32,000 bases of DNA from an uncultured Alphaproteobacteria bacterium (GTDB taxonomy: Bacteria > Pseudomonadota > Alphaproteobacteria > HIMB59): the NCBI GenBank assembly GCA_902610175.1, contig CACLUR010000002.1, positions 75,116 to 107,115 of the forward strand. Direction: 5' to 3'. Position numbers and translations under genes: made by a program. This document shows positions 30,376 through 32,000 of the stretch, piece by piece. The notes beneath the pieces are model-generated. The model worked only from the letters and a program-made list of their open reading frames with translations. It had not been told where the DNA came from and did no database searches. Numbering within the stretch: position 1 is the stretch's first letter; every line of letters starts with the position of its first letter.

Positions 30376-30670
30376 TTTCTTCTTTAATCAAACACTAGCT
30401 GAAGAAATAAATAACACTAAATTACTTATTTTAGATAAATCTTCTTCATCAAAATATGAACTTGAATTTTTTAAAAAATATCAATTTAGAAATTTATCTT
30501 TTGAATTGATTTCTTGCAAAAATATAGAATTTGATAAATATATCGATACTGCTGCTTTAATTAAAATTTCTCAAAATGATAATATTTTTATTGGATGGTT
30601 TTTTAAAATAACGGATGAATTAAACTTGTATTCTAATAAAATATACGAAATTTCATTAACAGATTGCTAA
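30329..30670 (+). CDS. DUF2155-like secreted protein of unknown function
   Basis: There is a Sec-type signal peptide, MQCLWKRLSIILFLSSFFFNQTLA|EE. The body has L.ILDK......E......+F..L...L..C, F.GW.F and the C-terminal Y.I.L.DC, as I remember for alphaproteobacterial DUF2155 proteins. The track's start at 30305 is also possible. Either start overlaps MlaD copy 2, by 47 or 71 nt. Confidence 0.7.
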   Translation: MQCLWKRLSIILFLSSFFFNQTLAEEINNTKLLILDKSSSSKYELEFFKKYQFRNLSFELISCKNIEFDKYIDTAALIKISQNDNIFIGWFFKITDELNLYSNKIYEISLTDC

Positions 30671-32000
30671 TTAAAATTTTGATATATTTTTCTCCAGCCA
30701 ATTTGTATTATAAGTACCATTTATAAAGTCTTTTTGATTTAAAATCCATTTATGCAATTCTACATTTGTGTCAATACCATCTATAATAATTTCATCTAGT
30801 GCTCTTTTCATAACTGATATAGCTTCATTTCTCTCTTTGCCTTTTGATACAATTTTTAGCACTAAACTGTCATAGTGAGGGTTTACTTTGTAATTTGTAT
30901 ATAAGGCTGTATCTATCCTCACTCCTCTTCCCCCCGGTACATTTATAAAATCTACTGTTCCTGGACTTGGTGAAAAATCTTTTGCATTTTCTGCATTTAT
31001 TCTACATTCTAAAGTGTGATTTCTTTTAATCAAATTTGTTAAATCAATTTTATAACCAGCAGCAATCATTATTTGATATTTGACTAAATCAATATCAAAT
31101 GCTTCTTCAGTTACAGAATGTTCAACTTGTAGTCTTGTATTCATTTCAATAAAAAATACTTCGTTATCTTGATACAAAAATTCTAATGTTCCTAATCCCT
31201 CATATTTATTTTTAAGGAGTAAATCTATAATACTTTTTTCTATTCTTCTTAAATTTTTGATATGTACGAAATCAGATGGTATTTCCTCAATAATCTTTTG
31301 GTTTTTGCGTTGAACTGAACAATCTCTTTGACCAATTATTTGCGCGTAGTCATTTTTAGGATCTGATATTACTTGAAATTCAATATGTTTTGCATTAGTT
31401 AAATACTTTTCAGCATACATAGTATCATCACCAAAATAATTTTTTGCCTCTGCTTTTAGTTGAGAAAAAAACTTATTTATTTCATTCTTATTATTAAAAA
31501 CTCTCATTCCTTTACCTCCGCCACCATAGGCAGCTTTGATTACTATAGGCATGCCAATGTTTTCTGCTATTTTTACAGCTTCGTTTGTATTTTTTATATT
31601 TTCGGAGTTTTTACTTCCCAATATGGGTAATCCAAAATCACTTGCCAATTTTAAAGCATTACTTTTATTGCCTAATTCTAAAATAGATTTAGGGCTTGGC
31701 CCAATAAACTTAACTTTATGTGAGTCTAATATTTTTGAAAATTTATTATTTTCACTCAAAAACCCATAACCTGGATGTACTGCATCTGCCCCAGTTATAT
31801 CAATAGCACTAATAATACTCGGTATATTTAAATAACTTCCATTTGGCAGGGCACTACCTACGCAAATACTTTCATCAGCAAGTTTTACATGCATTGCCTC
31901 TGTATCTACATTAGAGTGAATTGCTACTGTCTTTATATCTAATTCTTTACATGCTCGAATAATACGAACTGCAATTTCACCTCTATTTGCTACTAATATC
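30671..32000 (-). CDS. accC: acetyl-CoA carboxylase biotin carboxylase subunit, 5'-partial (N-terminus beyond window end)
   Basis: The frame stays open upstream of the track's Met to the window edge: ...ILVANRGEIAVRIIRACKELDIKTVAIHSNVDTEAMHVKLADE... It has the ATP-grasp glycine loop KAAYGGGGKGMR and the motifs EMNTRLQVEH and ECRINAE. Confidence 0.95.
   Translation of the reverse strand, partial: ILVANRGEIAVRIIRACKELDIKTVAIHSNVDTEAMHVKLADESICVGSALPNGSYLNIPSIISAIDITGADAVHPGYGFLSENNKFSKILDSHKVKFIGPSPKSILELGNKSNALKLASDFGLPILGSKNSENIKNTNEAVKIAENIGMPIVIKAAYGGGGKGMRVFNNKNEINKFFSQLKAEAKNYFGDDTMYAEKYLTNAKHIEFQVISDPKNDYAQIIGQRDCSVQRKNQKIIEEIPSDFVHIKNLRRIEKSIIDLLLKNKYEGLGTLEFLYQDNEVFFIEMNTRLQVEHSVTEEAFDIDLVKYQIMIAAGYKIDLTNLIKRNHTLECRINAENAKDFSPSPGTVDFINVPGGRGVRIDTALYTNYKVNPHYDSLVLKIVSKGKERNEAISVMKRALDEIIIDGIDTNVELHKWILNQKDFINGTYNTNWLEKNISKF

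Noticed and set aside
31536-31769. 77-aa plus-strand ORF antisense to accC.
   Set aside because: It is opposite the conserved ATP-grasp region of biotin carboxylase and is a shadow ORF.
1-32000. Window-wide search for CRISPR repeats, IS or transposase ends, integrases, phage genes, toxin-antitoxin pairs and defence-island signatures.
   Set aside because: None was found. Every ORF of 60 aa or more on the coding strand is assigned to a housekeeping family. The non-coding gaps are 61 nt or shorter, leaving no space for arrays or cryptic elements.

Overview
This is an AT-rich, very tightly packed bacterial core-genome segment. All ORFs close under the standard code, and TGA is used as a stop. 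From base 1 to about 24.7 kb, everything is on the + strand with almost no intergenic DNA. The order is rpoB (5'-truncated by the window edge), rpoC, rpsL-rpsG-fusA, the S10 block (rpsJ-rplCDWB-rpsS-rplV-rpsC-rplP-rpmC-rpsQ), the spc block (rplNXE-rpsNH-rplFR-rpsE-rplO-secY-adk), the alpha block (rpsM-rpsK-rpoA-rplQ), then crcB and an RluA-family pseudouridine synthase. The last 7 kb holds housekeeping and envelope genes: lipB (-), tRNA-Leu(GAG), mgtE, a phosphomannomutase/phosphoglucomutase, a DD-carboxypeptidase with a SPOR-like tail (-), an NDUFA12-like protein, two tandem MlaD/MCE-domain proteins, a DUF2155-like secreted protein, and accC (-, runs off the window). The NDUFA12-like and DUF2155-like genes, the rpsD-less alpha operon, the base composition and the near-zero intergenic spacing point to a streamlined alphaproteobacterium such as SAR11/Pelagibacterales. 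That assignment is inference only. I see no CRISPR array, transposase, integrase, phage gene, toxin-antitoxin pair or recognisable defence system, so most of the window is ordinary core genome. Five points deserve follow-up. (1) The PMM/PGM gene is broken by a 1-nt frameshift in a T6 run, and its conserved C-terminal phosphate-binding loop continues in the next frame. (2) The overlapping NDUFA12-like / 2x MlaD / DUF2155 cluster has no adjacent MlaE/MlaF. (3) tuf and rpmD are missing from their canonical slots, and L29 is a 51-aa miniature absent from the ORF track. (4) tRNA-Leu sits 14 nt upstream of the mgtE start codon. (5) Several -10-like boxes lie so close to start codons that the mRNAs would be leaderless or nearly so.
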